Below are positions 36,504 to 45,578 of a stretch of 64,000 bases of DNA, piece after piece. Position numbers and translations under genes: made by a program. Position 1 is the first letter of the stretch. Every line of letters begins with the position of its first letter. Source of the stretch: Escherichia phage DK-13; the sequence record MT611523.1; one strand, written 5' to 3'. The notes beneath the pieces are model-generated. The model was not told the DNA's origin and made no database searches. It saw only the letters and a list, made by a program, of their open reading frames with translations.

Positions 36504-37274
36504 TTATTCATTATTCTTTTTCCTAGCATCAGAAGCAGCTTTTCTTCTAGTTCTAGTCCTTTCTAAATCAGCAGCAATCAAATTAGCTATATTAGTAACC
36601 GGATTACCAAATTCATCATAAGTAATATATTTCCAAGCATATCCAAATGTATGATTTCTCTCATTAAGCAGGCACCTTTTAATAGCGCTGCCTGCTTTAT
36701 AAATTGAAAGAAATTTAGCTGCATCTGGTAAATAATCAAAAGTTTCTACCAATTCACCTGAACTTAAATCAAATGCACCAAAAAGCTCAATAGTGTATTT
36801 ACTCCTATCAAGACTGGCTTTAGCTTCATGCTTTAAGTGGTTTATTTCTTTTAGAATTTTAAGGTCTAATTGTCCTGGTATTTTATCTATCTGTACACCC
36901 ATTCTAGATAAAGCATACCCCATTTTATAGTTTCCTGATTTGGCCAACCAATAGTGAGCCATAATATGGCTTTCTATACTTAGATTTACAAGATTCCATT
37001 TAGACGTTTTAAATTCAGGAAATAAGGATTTAGGTAATATATGGTGAGACTCGGTTTTACCTTTTATTAAAGGCCCGGAAGACTCTATTAAAGAGAAATA
37101 GTTTTCAGCAAATTGCCAATAAGGCAATTTGCTTTTAAGAAGTTCTTTAATTTCGTCTAAGGTTTTAGTAGGCTTAACGGTCACTCCAATAGCTTGATAC
37201 TTCAAAATCAGGCTCGCCGTCGTCCCAGTACCAGGGACCCACCGGATGCCAATCGCCATGCTTATCTTCTTCAT
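36504..37274 (-). CDS. HNH homing endonuclease (Mob-like), freestanding
   Basis: TESHHILPK...N...H HNH core; 5' 100 nt overlap the upstream ORF, so the true start (possibly GTG near 37184) is uncertain. Confidence 0.7.
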   Translation of the reverse strand: MKKISMAIGIRWVPGTGTTASLILKYQAIGVTVKPTKTLDEIKELLKSKLPYWQFAENYFSLIESSGPLIKGKTESHHILPKSLFPEFKTSKWNLVNLSIESHIMAHYWLAKSGNYKMGYALSRMGVQIDKIPGQLDLKILKEINHLKHEAKASLDRSKYTIELFGAFDLSSGELVETFDYLPDAAKFLSIYKAGSAIKRCLLNERNHTFGYAWKYITYDEFGNPVTNIANLIAADLERTRTRRKAASDARKKNNE

Positions 37275-37482
37275 ATTCTATAGATTCAAGCCCAACGTAT
37301 TGCCATTGGACTTCATAAGCAGTGCCCCCGATTACAACAGTGTTCTCACCATACGGGTTAGCCACAGCAAAGTCAATACCTTCTTCCTTTGCCAGGGCTA
37401 CCATGTATTCATAGAGTTTATATTCCAGGTCGTCTTCGTTGCCGTCACCCAGATAAATTGTTTGTCCGTCTAATTCACTCAT
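37174..37482 (-). CDS. hypothetical acidic protein (102 aa)
   Basis: co-oriented ORF. Confidence 0.4.
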   Translation of the reverse strand: MSELDGQTIYLGDGNEDDLEYKLYEYMVALAKEEGIDFAVANPYGENTVVIGGTAYEVQWQYVGLESIEYEEDKHGDWHPVGPWYWDDGEPDFEVSSYWSDR

Positions 37483-37504
37483 AATTCCACCATAAATTCG
37501 TCAA

Positions 37505-37672
37505 TCATTTAAAGTTCCAGAATGAAGCACCGACCAGAAATAAAGGCCAACAAATCATAGACGTCAGCCACCAACAAAAATCACCTGCACCGAAATCATC
37601 TAATTTAGCTAGGGTCTTAGCATAACCAATACCGATGATAAGATACAAAATACCCAACAATAATTCAATCAT
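37505..37672 (-). CDS. small membrane peptide (about 55 aa)
   Basis: ATG overlaps nrdC stop (ATGA); hydrophobic; hand translation, ends approximate. Confidence 0.3.
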   Translation of the reverse strand: MIELLLGILYLIIGIGYAKTLAKLDDFGAGDFCWWLTSMICWPLFLVGASFWNFK

Positions 37673-37932
37673 TTAAAATATTCTCGCAGTTGGTCAAAGC
37701 CACCAATATGACTTCCATCAGGGGCAAATACTTGCGGCATGGTCAAACCAATTTGGGATTCGCGACCAAGCGCAACCAGGAGTTGAGCAATCTTCTCATC
37801 ATCAAACACACCTTTTTCCGGCATAACATTGATGAACTCGTAAGGTTGTTTTTTAACGTCAAGTAAACGTTTTGCATTGTCGCAGAAAACGCAACGATGA
37901 ATGTTTGAATCGTAACCATATACTTTAAACAT
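37669..37932 (-). CDS. nrdC: glutaredoxin/thioredoxin NrdC
   Basis: 87 aa; [22 protein letters not shown] nearly identical to T4 NrdC. Confidence 0.92.
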   Translation of the reverse strand: MFKVYGYDSNIHRCVFCDNAKRLLDVKKQPYEFINVMPEKGVFDDEKIAQLLVALGRESQIGLTMPQVFAPDGSHIGGFDQLREYFK

Positions 37933-38170
37933 CTTGAATTCCTAATACTTGTTTGAATACTTCAGAGCGGTCGAGCTCTGTTCCGGTTTCTTTAAGATGT
38001 GCATTTCTGATATCATGCACTTCAGTAAGGATATTATTATACGAACGAGTTAAAGCAGATTTCAATACCGAATAACTATCCGGAAATTTACCATGTTCTT
38101 TATAATAGGCCAGAGTTAATTCACGGACCACCCTTTCAGCGGTCTCAACATATTCTTTACGCTTTGCCAT
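37925..38170 (-). CDS. hypothetical protein (81 aa)
   Basis: co-oriented ORF. Confidence 0.4.
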   Translation of the reverse strand: MAKRKEYVETAERVVRELTLAYYKEHGKFPDSYSVLKSALTRSYNNILTEVHDIRNAHLKETGTELDRSEVFKQVLGIQDV

Positions 38171-38483
38171 TATCTACAATCTCATTATAAGCGGTATGGG
38201 CTGCTATTACAATACGCTCTTCTGGCGGTAAGTTTGTATTTGGCTGGTTCAATAAAGCCGAATTGGCGCAGATTTTAAAAACAGTAATGTCATAATCAAT
38301 TGAAGCTTGAATATTACGATGGATGGAATCTATACTAACTGTTGTACCGCAATCTTCAACGTATTGGAGACATATTCGGGTCGTTAATTCCTGAAGTTCT
38401 TTAAACAAGCCTTTCATCTCATCAGTCTCAATGATATTTTGACTTTTAAATGGGTTTAAATTATTCATTTTCTTCTCGCTCAA
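38157..38483 (-). CDS. hypothetical protein (108 aa)
   Basis: co-oriented ORF. Confidence 0.4.
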   Translation of the reverse strand: MSEKKMNNLNPFKSQNIIETDEMKGLFKELQELTTRICLQYVEDCGTTVSIDSIHRNIQASIDYDITVFKICANSALLNQPNTNLPPEERIVIAAHTAYNEIVDNGKA

Positions 38484-38799
38484 ATCGGTGTTTACAATGT
38501 CTGCATTTATAACGAAGATTACTAGTCTGCCAATGGACTAACTGGACCTGCTCAGTTCCACATTCTGGACAGTTTGGAATACGCTTAGAAGCACGTTCAC
38601 GGCGTCGAACCATAGTCATTACCATATCCCAATCAGTAACCTGACTATAATCGTCACAGCCATGAATCTTTCCCAACTGCACAAGGTCAGCACCCTCAGC
38701 GTTTTCAATAAATTTTAAAAGACCTTTATTAACCCCCGCAGCGGGGGTCCATTCTGGAAATGCAGTTTCTGCAATATCTTCAGCTAAACGTTGTTTCAT
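38461..38799 (-). CDS. zinc-ribbon protein (112 aa)
   Basis: CPECG...CRHC four-Cys motif. Confidence 0.4.
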   Translation of the reverse strand: MKQRLAEDIAETAFPEWTPAAGVNKGLLKFIENAEGADLVQLGKIHGCDDYSQVTDWDMVMTMVRRRERASKRIPNCPECGTEQVQLVHWQTSNLRYKCRHCKHRFEREENE

Positions 38800-39785
38800 T
38801 TCAGCAGCTCCAGAGCCTGTTCCAGTTTATCCAGACGATTAGTTGATTCTTCCCAAAGTCGCTTGGCTTTGGTATAGTCTTCAGTTGCCTTTTTATTAAC
38901 AGCAAGAGCTTTATTATACGCCATTTCCAGAGCAACAATTTCAGGCGCTTTTTGTTCCACTGGCTCATTATTCAGATTATCAATCAGGTCTTCAAGGGTG
39001 GTTTCTTGTGGTGCATTCATAATTTCCTCACTTTTCTTTTTATAAATTTCTGCAACAGTTGGTTGTTTTGCACATTTAACTTCATGCAATGTCGTCACAA
39101 TTTTCCAACCTTTCCAACCATGAGTACTGGTGATAGGGTCTACTTTAATTTTTTCAACAGTACGCATATAGTTAAGGGCACACTGCAGCTGATGAGTAAG
39201 AACGCATGCAACGTCAAGATACTTTTTGACATTTTCTGGAGTAGCCACTGGTGTAAAGAACTCATACTTAACTGTAATAATTACCTGGTTTTCACCAGAC
39301 TCTTTAACATTTATCATGTGCCCAGCCAGATGGGAGATAGTGCGATAATCGCCACCCATCAATTTTGTCGCTGATTTGATGATAGACATTTTGTTATCTC
39401 TGAATTCACGAGCCCAACAATTTGCGAATTCAGAAGCAGTATAGCCTTGTTTATCAAGATAGTATTTTTCAACATCGCCAAACCAATGATATCCAATTGT
39501 ACCTTTACCACGTCTGGATTCAACACCAAACTTGTTAAGAATGTCTTTATTAACCAGGTATGCCAGGACTCGGGAACTTTTAAAAGTTTTCTTGATATCA
39601 TCGTTACCAGCACGACTCGCAATAGTTGCAATGTCTTTCTTGAAGCGGCCAGATGCAACAATCGTCGAGTCAATCTGATTTAACCAATAATTGATAATTA
39701 AAAGGATAGCCGATTCGCCTATCAATGGTTTTACTTTTGTGTCGATAGTTGCGTTAAAGGCCTGGATATATTCGTTACGTGTCAT
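38796..39785 (-). CDS. hypothetical protein with C-terminal coiled coil (329 aa)
   Basis: long co-oriented ORF; heptad-like C-terminus ...LDKLEQALELLK. Confidence 0.5.
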   Translation of the reverse strand: MTRNEYIQAFNATIDTKVKPLIGESAILLIINYWLNQIDSTIVASGRFKKDIATIASRAGNDDIKKTFKSSRVLAYLVNKDILNKFGVESRRGKGTIGYHWFGDVEKYYLDKQGYTASEFANCWAREFRDNKMSIIKSATKLMGGDYRTISHLAGHMINVKESGENQVIITVKYEFFTPVATPENVKKYLDVACVLTHQLQCALNYMRTVEKIKVDPITSTHGWKGWKIVTTLHEVKCAKQPTVAEIYKKKSEEIMNAPQETTLEDLIDNLNNEPVEQKAPEIVALEMAYNKALAVNKKATEDYTKAKRLWEESTNRLDKLEQALELLK

Positions 39786-39843
39786 AGTGTTCTCCTCATA
39801 AAGTAGGAATTCATTATACTCCCTCCATCCTTGGAAGTAAACA

Positions 39844-40743
39844 TTATTTTAATGCTTTGATTGCAGCTTGCAATTTATTGCGTTGTTTTTCCATGTTCTT
39901 GATGCGATTCAGAACATCCTGGATACCCTTTTTCTCATCTTCAATCAGACCATTTAAACGGTTGACTGATTCCTGGATAGCATCAGCATGATGTTTCTCA
40001 ATAGGCTTCATTGACGGGTTAAAGCTAGCCGATTGGTCTTTCCATTGGTACATATTTTTAACGCCCAGCGGTGAAATAGGCTGTGTTTTATATTGTCCTG
40101 CAAATGCTGGACCATATTCTGCAGTAGGGATACGTTCTGCCATTTCTGGTTCCTTTTTCTCTTGATAAGGAGCATAAGACAAAAGATATTCCTTTGTCAG
40201 TTTAATATCGATAGTTACGGTTTTAAGGAATTTTTCCGTTTGGTGGATATAATTGGTATCTTCATCAAACGTGTACGATTCAACAGCATGGCGCATATAA
40301 AGCAGCGCAATACCCATAACCTCTTTAAAGTTATGACAAAGAGCAACATCGCCCTTGGTGGTTGGTTTGAACTTAATCTGTACACCATCATTCTTGATAT
40401 TGATAATCAAGTTGTCAGAGTTAAAATTATAGTTCTTGATGTTAACCGGAGCTTTACGAATACGAAATCCGCCGGCCAGAATTTCCTTGATACTCTTACG
40501 AACCGTGGCACCAAACAAAAACGCTGGGCGGCGGCAGTAATCATTCAGAGAGTTAATTCTTACAATACGTTGACCATACCCCTGGGTAGCAGAACCTGAT
40601 TTGATTTTGCCAAAGTTAACCAAAGAATTCATTGCGATAAGACGAGTCACACGACCGTCATGTGGTTCATAACTACTAGCATATTCAGCGCGAGTTTTAA
40701 TTTTCATATCATAGTCCAAATAATTTTTCATAGAATTTAGCAA
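39844..40743 (-). CDS. hypothetical protein with C-terminal coiled coil (299 aa)
   Basis: long co-oriented ORF; C-terminus ...KLQAAIKALK. Confidence 0.5.
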   Translation of the reverse strand: MLNSMKNYLDYDMKIKTRAEYASSYEPHDGRVTRLIAMNSLVNFGKIKSGSATQGYGQRIVRINSLNDYCRRPAFLFGATVRKSIKEILAGGFRIRKAPVNIKNYNFNSDNLIINIKNDGVQIKFKPTTKGDVALCHNFKEVMGIALLYMRHAVESYTFDEDTNYIHQTEKFLKTVTIDIKLTKEYLLSYAPYQEKKEPEMAERIPTAEYGPAFAGQYKTQPISPLGVKNMYQWKDQSASFNPSMKPIEKHHADAIQESVNRLNGLIEDEKKGIQDVLNRIKNMEKQRNKLQAAIKALK

Positions 40744-40924
40744 TAGGCCAAAACACCATCATAATTGCCCAAACAAACCAAAGCAGAGGCCATACTAGTG
40801 TAATGAATACTGCGTCATAGCTTGATTCAATTTCGATTGGATTCCAATCACCCGATTTATGAATGATAATGGTCGTTATGAATCCTAGCACAAAATAAAG
40901 GAGAATAAAACCTACTATTTCCAT
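40709..40924 (-). CDS. small membrane protein (71 aa)
   Basis: co-oriented ORF with two hydrophobic segments. Confidence 0.4.
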   Translation of the reverse strand: MEIVGFILLYFVLGFITTIIIHKSGDWNPIEIESSYDAVFITLVWPLLWFVWAIMMVFWPIAKFYEKLFGL

Positions 40925-41008
40925 ATTAACCTACAATATTTGAGAATATCAGCCACAGAATACCTGTGGCAACGATTACATAACCAAGAACAGCAAGCCA
41001 TTCCATTA

Positions 41009-41854
41009 TTAATCCTTAAGCAATTCAATGACGTTCATCAGTTTCTGACGTTCAGCTTTCGCTGCACTGTTCAACCCTGACAGGCGGAAAATTTCATCAT
41101 CTTGTTGCTGGATGGTGATGTTAAGTTCTTCAATCTGTTTAGTGAAAAGCTCAATTTGCTCTGAATATTTTTCATTGCTTCGCACTGGAACAGGTTCCAT
41201 TTTAGGAGCTTGTTCTGAAGGACTGACTTCAACTTGGTCTTTAATTTGACATAATTTAATACGCTGGACGCCTCCAGTTTTAACATCATAAAAGGTAAGA
41301 ACACCATGGCATTCCAGTACAGACAACGCCAAACGAAGATGGAATTTCCAGTTTTCGTATTGACATCCACTAAAAGAAGAAATACTGTATTCACCTTCAT
41401 TTTGACCTTTAATAACATTAAATAGTTTATAATCTAAAGAATTATTGGTTTTAAAGGTCATTTGTTTATCTTGACCACTTGCAAGACGCGCGCCAAGCGC
41501 CAGTAAACGACGTTGGTTCTTCCAAAGGTCTTTGACCACTTCATCAAATGTCATGGTGCTAATCGCACGACCATAAAGGTCATAGCCTTTGTTATAATTT
41601 TTAAGTAGAATTTTAGCATTAGCACGAGACAACATACCTGAACGATGAAGAGATTTCATGACTCGGTCTTCTAATGTAAGCAATCCTGTTGTTTTATTAA
41701 AGATTTTAGTGAATTCAGCAGAATTAGTACAAACATTGAACTTATCCCACATCATATATAGAACCTTTAAAACCACATCTTTAGTACTTGGAATACTGTT
41801 AAATTTAACAACTTTTTTAACTTCAGAACGAATTTCATTAATTGCTTGCGACAT
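41009..41854 (-). CDS. hypothetical protein with C-terminal coiled coil (281 aa)
   Basis: long co-oriented ORF; C-terminus ...KLMNVIELLKD. Confidence 0.5.
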   Translation of the reverse strand: MSQAINEIRSEVKKVVKFNSIPSTKDVVLKVLYMMWDKFNVCTNSAEFTKIFNKTTGLLTLEDRVMKSLHRSGMLSRANAKILLKNYNKGYDLYGRAISTMTFDEVVKDLWKNQRRLLALGARLASGQDKQMTFKTNNSLDYKLFNVIKGQNEGEYSISSFSGCQYENWKFHLRLALSVLECHGVLTFYDVKTGGVQRIKLCQIKDQVEVSPSEQAPKMEPVPVRSNEKYSEQIELFTKQIEELNITIQQQDDEIFRLSGLNSAAKAERQKLMNVIELLKD

Positions 41855-41917
41855 AATAATTTCCTCAATAGATTAATCAAAGGTCAGAACCATTATACCA
41901 TCCTTGGTATAAAGCGT

Positions 41918-42442
41918 TTATGCGAGAACCGTCTTTAAACGCTCTTCAAACTTCTGAAGGAGTACCTGGCGCTCTGCTCTTTGTTTGGTATAGGTTTCAA
42001 TACGCTCTGAAGTGAGATTGTATTGTTCATTAACTGATTCCCGCATGAATTCAGGAATCTCTTTACATGCTTTGATTTCATTGAACTTATCAAGCACCGC
42101 TTGTTGTTCAGCAATCAGACCATCATAATATTGGATATCTGATTTGATGTTTTGTACATCAGATTCAGTAGGCATATTTTTCTTCGCTCTTGCCGCTTGA
42201 TATTCTGCATTAGTCTCTCTTGACCAGAACAAAGAGCGGTTTTTGTTGGTGTTTTTATACACATCAACAATACCAACTGAATCAACAGTCGCAATCCAGT
42301 TCCAGGCGTTTTTATAAGTCTGACCACCTGATACTGTAATCTCACCCGCACAAGCAACATCATTAAAGAACTTACTTTGTGCTTCTGATTTAAAATTACC
42401 ATTATTGTAATTAATCAGATTAAAGATTGATTTGGCTTCCAT
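41918..42442 (-). CDS. hypothetical protein (174 aa)
   Basis: ATG 42440-42442 after class-B leader. Confidence 0.45.
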   Translation of the reverse strand: MEAKSIFNLINYNNGNFKSEAQSKFFNDVACAGEITVSGGQTYKNAWNWIATVDSVGIVDVYKNTNKNRSLFWSRETNAEYQAARAKKNMPTESDVQNIKSDIQYYDGLIAEQQAVLDKFNEIKACKEIPEFMRESVNEQYNLTSERIETYTKQRAERQVLLQKFEERLKTVLA

Positions 42443-42478
42443 TTTATTCTCCAGTATTTGGTAACTCAGTATGGGAAC

Positions 42479-42508
42479 ATTATACGTCTATCCCCATACT
42501 ATGTACAC
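42479..42508 (-). promoter_or_regulatory. early promoter with class-B leader
   Basis: -35 TGTACA (42503-42508), -10 TATAAT (42479-42484), leader CCATACTGAGTTACCAAATACTGGAG. Confidence 0.5.
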
Positions 42509-42510
42509 AT

Positions 42511-42813
42511 TTAATTAAAAGTTCTTTCAGTATTTTCACCGCTGAACCAGACGCTCTTAACGGCTTGCTGGGCGCGATGGAGCTGCTCTGCCATATAAAC
42601 ACCAAGGGCCTCAGCTTTACGTGCCCTGTGAGCTTCTGCGGCGACTATTTGCAACTTATCCATCATGATAAGAGCTTTACATTTCTCCTTCAGAGCATAT
42701 CGCTTCTTCTCTTCTGGGGTTTTGACCATTCCTCTTAACTTGTGCATTTTCAACTTAAAATGGTCAGCAGATTTCAGACATGCCTCAATCATGTCAAGTT
42801 CATACTTTTTCAT
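42511..42813 (-). CDS. hypothetical protein (100 aa)
   Basis: co-oriented ORF, Lys/Ala-rich helical. Confidence 0.4.
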   Translation of the reverse strand: MKKYELDMIEACLKSADHFKLKMHKLRGMVKTPEEKKRYALKEKCKALIMMDKLQIVAAEAHRARKAEALGVYMAEQLHRAQQAVKSVWFSGENTERTFN

Positions 42814-42819
42814 AATTCC

Positions 42820-43026
42820 TCACTTGCGACGACGTTTTGGTAATGGTTTAGGGAAGAACATTGCTTTACCTGCAGGGGTCAAAGTCACACGCAAAGCATT
42901 ACCAATACCAAGGGATGCTTTAACCAGACCTTTGGCTTTTAACTCACCAAATGCTTGACGTTGTTCAGGGTCACGAGTGTTAACCATCAGACCTTTTTCA
43001 CCAGCAGCTTTGATTAATTCTAACAT
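42820..43026 (-). CDS. small basic protein (68 aa)
   Basis: ATG after class-B leader; C-terminal KPLPKRRRK tail. Confidence 0.4.
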   Translation of the reverse strand: MLELIKAAGEKGLMVNTRDPEQRQAFGELKAKGLVKASLGIGNALRVTLTPAGKAMFFPKPLPKRRRK

Positions 43027-43067
43027 TTTATTCTCCGTTTGTTTATTTGGTAACTCAGTATGGAATC

Positions 43068-43096
43068 ATTATGCCTCATGACCATCTGGTTGTACA
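43068..43096 (-). promoter_or_regulatory. early promoter with class-B leader
   Basis: -35 TGTACA (43091-43096), 17-nt spacer, -10 CATAAT (43068-43073), leader GATTCCATACTGAGTTACCAAATAAAC. Confidence 0.5.
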
Positions 43097-43143
43097 CATA
43101 TACTAAATAAAAATACTTAATAAAACCATAAAGGAGAAAGTTT

Positions 43144-43890
43144 ATGATTTTATCCGGAAGAACTGTTGATGAACTCAATGAAAAAGTCCAGGCTGCCTTG
43201 GCTGATAATTGGTATTTGTTTGGTTCTACTATGGTGTTGCCGAATACCCCTACAGATAGCAAAGAGCGTTTTTTCCAAACTATGTCCAGCTCGGAAACTC
43301 AGATACCGGGTCCGCCTGGTCCCAAAGGAGAACCGGGTGTACCCGGACCAAAAGGAGACCCAGGTGGGGATGGAAAATCTTCTTATCAGATATGGCTTGA
43401 CTTGGGAAATACAGGAACTGTTGATGATTTTTTAACTGATACAGCAGGAAAGAGGGAAAAATCCGAGGTGTTTTGGAGTGGTATAAACGTTCTATTAACT
43501 AATGGTACGACTTCAAACATAATTAGTGTTTTAAAGGGGATTCCACCGACTGCAGGGACTCTATCTCCGTTTTTTAGAACCACTGATGATAAGTTGTGGC
43601 CATATAACCAAGACAGAAGCCTAATGTTTAAACTCAACCTTATTGGTAATTTTGCAGGAGCCTCGCAAGCTCGAAGTATAACATTAAATTTCGTTGGAAC
43701 CAACGGAAACACTTATATACAGAATCGTCCGGAAAATGCTACAGATATTTTGTCTTTTACAACGTTCTTTAGCATTGATAAAGATGGGGCAATGGCAACC
43801 AATGGTACAGCTATAACTGTTATGCCAAATGGCGGCAACTTTACAATAACCTCCGCATTGTTAGTAGCCGAACAAACAGTGACTTCATAA
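43144..43890 (+). CDS. collagen-repeat protein (248 aa), plus strand
   Basis: SD AAGGAGAAAG 5 nt before ATG; seven consecutive G-X-Y triplets (GPPGPKGEPGVPGPKGDPGGDG) after a ~60-aa N-terminal domain, then a ~165-aa Gly/Thr/Asn-rich C-terminal domain. Confidence 0.6.
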   Translation: MILSGRTVDELNEKVQAALADNWYLFGSTMVLPNTPTDSKERFFQTMSSSETQIPGPPGPKGEPGVPGPKGDPGGDGKSSYQIWLDLGNTGTVDDFLTDTAGKREKSEVFWSGINVLLTNGTTSNIISVLKGIPPTAGTLSPFFRTTDDKLWPYNQDRSLMFKLNLIGNFAGASQARSITLNFVGTNGNTYIQNRPENATDILSFTTFFSIDKDGAMATNGTAITVMPNGGNFTITSALLVAEQTVTS

Positions 43891-43913
43891 ACAAAAAAGG
43901 GCCATCCGGCCCT
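43891..43913 (-). terminator. rho-independent terminator
   Basis: AGGGCC-ATCC-GGCCCT hairpin followed by T-run on minus strand. Confidence 0.5.
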
Positions 43914-44155
43914 TAGATTGCACTCCAAAAATTATGGAATCTTATAGTATTGATAGCCCAGTTAACAAACCTGCGAGTTTGTTTGGGAGTTGGTTTGCAT
44001 ATGTACTTATTGTTGATTCGTCTGCCAGTTTCCCGACAGACTGCTTCGAGATACCAGCGCCGACCTTTATTAGGTCTTCCGTATGATAAGAAGACCTTCA
44101 TTTCTTCATTAACGATAATAGGAATTGTGGTTGTCAAGGTATACCTCTTCAACAA
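43913..44155 (-). CDS. hypothetical basic protein (80 aa)
   Basis: co-oriented ORF; overlaps the 3' end of the nucleotidyltransferase-like gene in another frame. Confidence 0.3.
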   Translation of the reverse strand: MLKRYTLTTTIPIIVNEEMKVFLSYGRPNKGRRWYLEAVCRETGRRINNKYICKPTPKQTRRFVNWAINTIRFHNFWSAI

Positions 44156-45119
44156 ACTTGTCCCAGAACTTCATGTCTACCTTATCAGGCATACCATTCT
44201 TAGCAGCCTGGATGGCCAGAACTTCAACTAAATCGACAGTATCTTCAAGAAGTTCTTGAACTTCTTTAAATGGTAATTCACCAGCTTTAATCAGCTTAAT
44301 GATAGAGGCTTCACGCAATGGGAATACCAAGTCACCTGTTTGGTAGATTTCCATCAATTGATACCCTGCACGATAAGCATGGCTCAGTGCTTTCCAATCA
44401 ATACCTTCGTTAGCTTCTGCTTTACGAGCACGTTCACCATATTCGGCGTCGAGTTTATTCAGAGATTGCTTGAGCTCGATTAATGACAGAGTAGTTTGGT
44501 ATTTACGACCGAGGACAGTATAGAACGTTTGAGGACCTGTTTTCTCATGGTTATGAAATACCCATTCGCAGAACTCGTTTTCAGGGAGTCTGTGTTTGAT
44601 ATCTTCTACCTTAGTACGTCGTTGCTTAGCGGAACCATCTTCTTGATAGTCAACCCATTGTTCAGGAATCTGGTTAACAATTTCCAATACACCACGCAGT
44701 GCAGCCAATCGAGAACCTTTAACACCATATTTGGAAGCTTGCTTACGGACGTACCCCAAATAGGCTTTCATGTTAGTTGTATAGAACCGTGAACGGTTGT
44801 CCTGAATAAACTTCCATACATCTGGTAAATCGGATTTGACTACCAGGTCAGCCGGGGTGTGAATCATATCCAGAGCAACGGTTTCGCCATCGGCCGCCAG
44901 TTTAAAGAAATATTTCAGACTATAAAGTTCATGGTCAACATCATCTTTTGTATTTTTGGTGGCCGTGTTATTCGTGTTCAGGTTGGTATGGTTCATCGCC
45001 GTCCCAAGTAGAATATCACGAGGATGCGGAACAAAGATTTCTTTAAAATCGACATCAGATTCTGGGGTACTTGTTCCATAAAGGTGGCTACCGAAGTAGC
45101 CTTTCATAACTGTTCTCAT
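44109..45119 (-). CDS. Pol-beta-superfamily nucleotidyltransferase-like protein (about 336 aa)
   Basis: G-S-x9-D-x-D motif (GSHLYGTSTPESDVDF) with a third acidic residue ~60 aa later (LDMIHT); ATG 45117-45119 overlaps upstream stop (ATGA). Confidence 0.55.
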   Translation of the reverse strand: MRTVMKGYFGSHLYGTSTPESDVDFKEIFVPHPRDILLGTAMNHTNLNTNNTATKNTKDDVDHELYSLKYFFKLAADGETVALDMIHTPADLVVKSDLPDVWKFIQDNRSRFYTTNMKAYLGYVRKQASKYGVKGSRLAALRGVLEIVNQIPEQWVDYQEDGSAKQRRTKVEDIKHRLPENEFCEWVFHNHEKTGPQTFYTVLGRKYQTTLSLIELKQSLNKLDAEYGERARKAEANEGIDWKALSHAYRAGYQLMEIYQTGDLVFPLREASIIKLIKAGELPFKEVQELLEDTVDLVEVLAIQAAKNGMPDKVDMKFWDKFVEEVYLDNHNSYYR

Positions 45120-45568
45120 TTTTTGTCCTCGAAGTGGATTACAGGACACATCTTAGATTTACGAGCTTTAATGTATTGAATAACGATGTTTTCTTTAGTT
45201 TCCTTTCCTTCACGTTTGGCTAGAATACGTTGCCATTCCTTTTCTTCTTTACGTAAATCATACCATGCGTGTAAATTCATCGCACCTAATGCCAAACCAA
45301 TGGATAGTGCAATAATAAGAGCTATTGCAACCAACCCTAAAACAAACCCTAGACTCAACAGAACAGGAGTACTTAATACAAAGAAATTCTCTAATACACC
45401 AACGCCTGCAACAGTTAATCCGAAAAGCGTACCACCTGCAACAACAGCACAAGCAAAACAAGCCCAAACCATTTTCCAGAAATAAGCACATAGAGAGTGC
45501 GGTCGAGAATGACTGTCATAAAAACGGTCATGTAATTTAACGTGCCAAGAGTTTGCATTGATAATCAT
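45116..45568 (-). CDS. membrane protein (150 aa)
   Basis: co-oriented ORF with three or four hydrophobic helices. Confidence 0.45.
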   Translation of the reverse strand: MIINANSWHVKLHDRFYDSHSRPHSLCAYFWKMVWACFACAVVAGGTLFGLTVAGVGVLENFFVLSTPVLLSLGFVLGLVAIALIIALSIGLALGAMNLHAWYDLRKEEKEWQRILAKREGKETKENIVIQYIKARKSKMCPVIHFEDKK

Positions 45569-45578
45569 AATATTTTCC

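Noticed and set aside
43081-43143. Canonical TATAAATA late promoter for the plus-strand collagen-repeat gene
   Set aside because: Only TACTAAATAAAAATA is present upstream, with no exact octamer; the promoter for this gene is unassigned.
43386-43928. Minus-strand ORFs 43386-43712 and 43713-43928 opposite the collagen-repeat gene
   Set aside because: Low-complexity antisense translations without SD or motifs; the plus-strand ORF is longer, has a strong SD and a domain-like layout.
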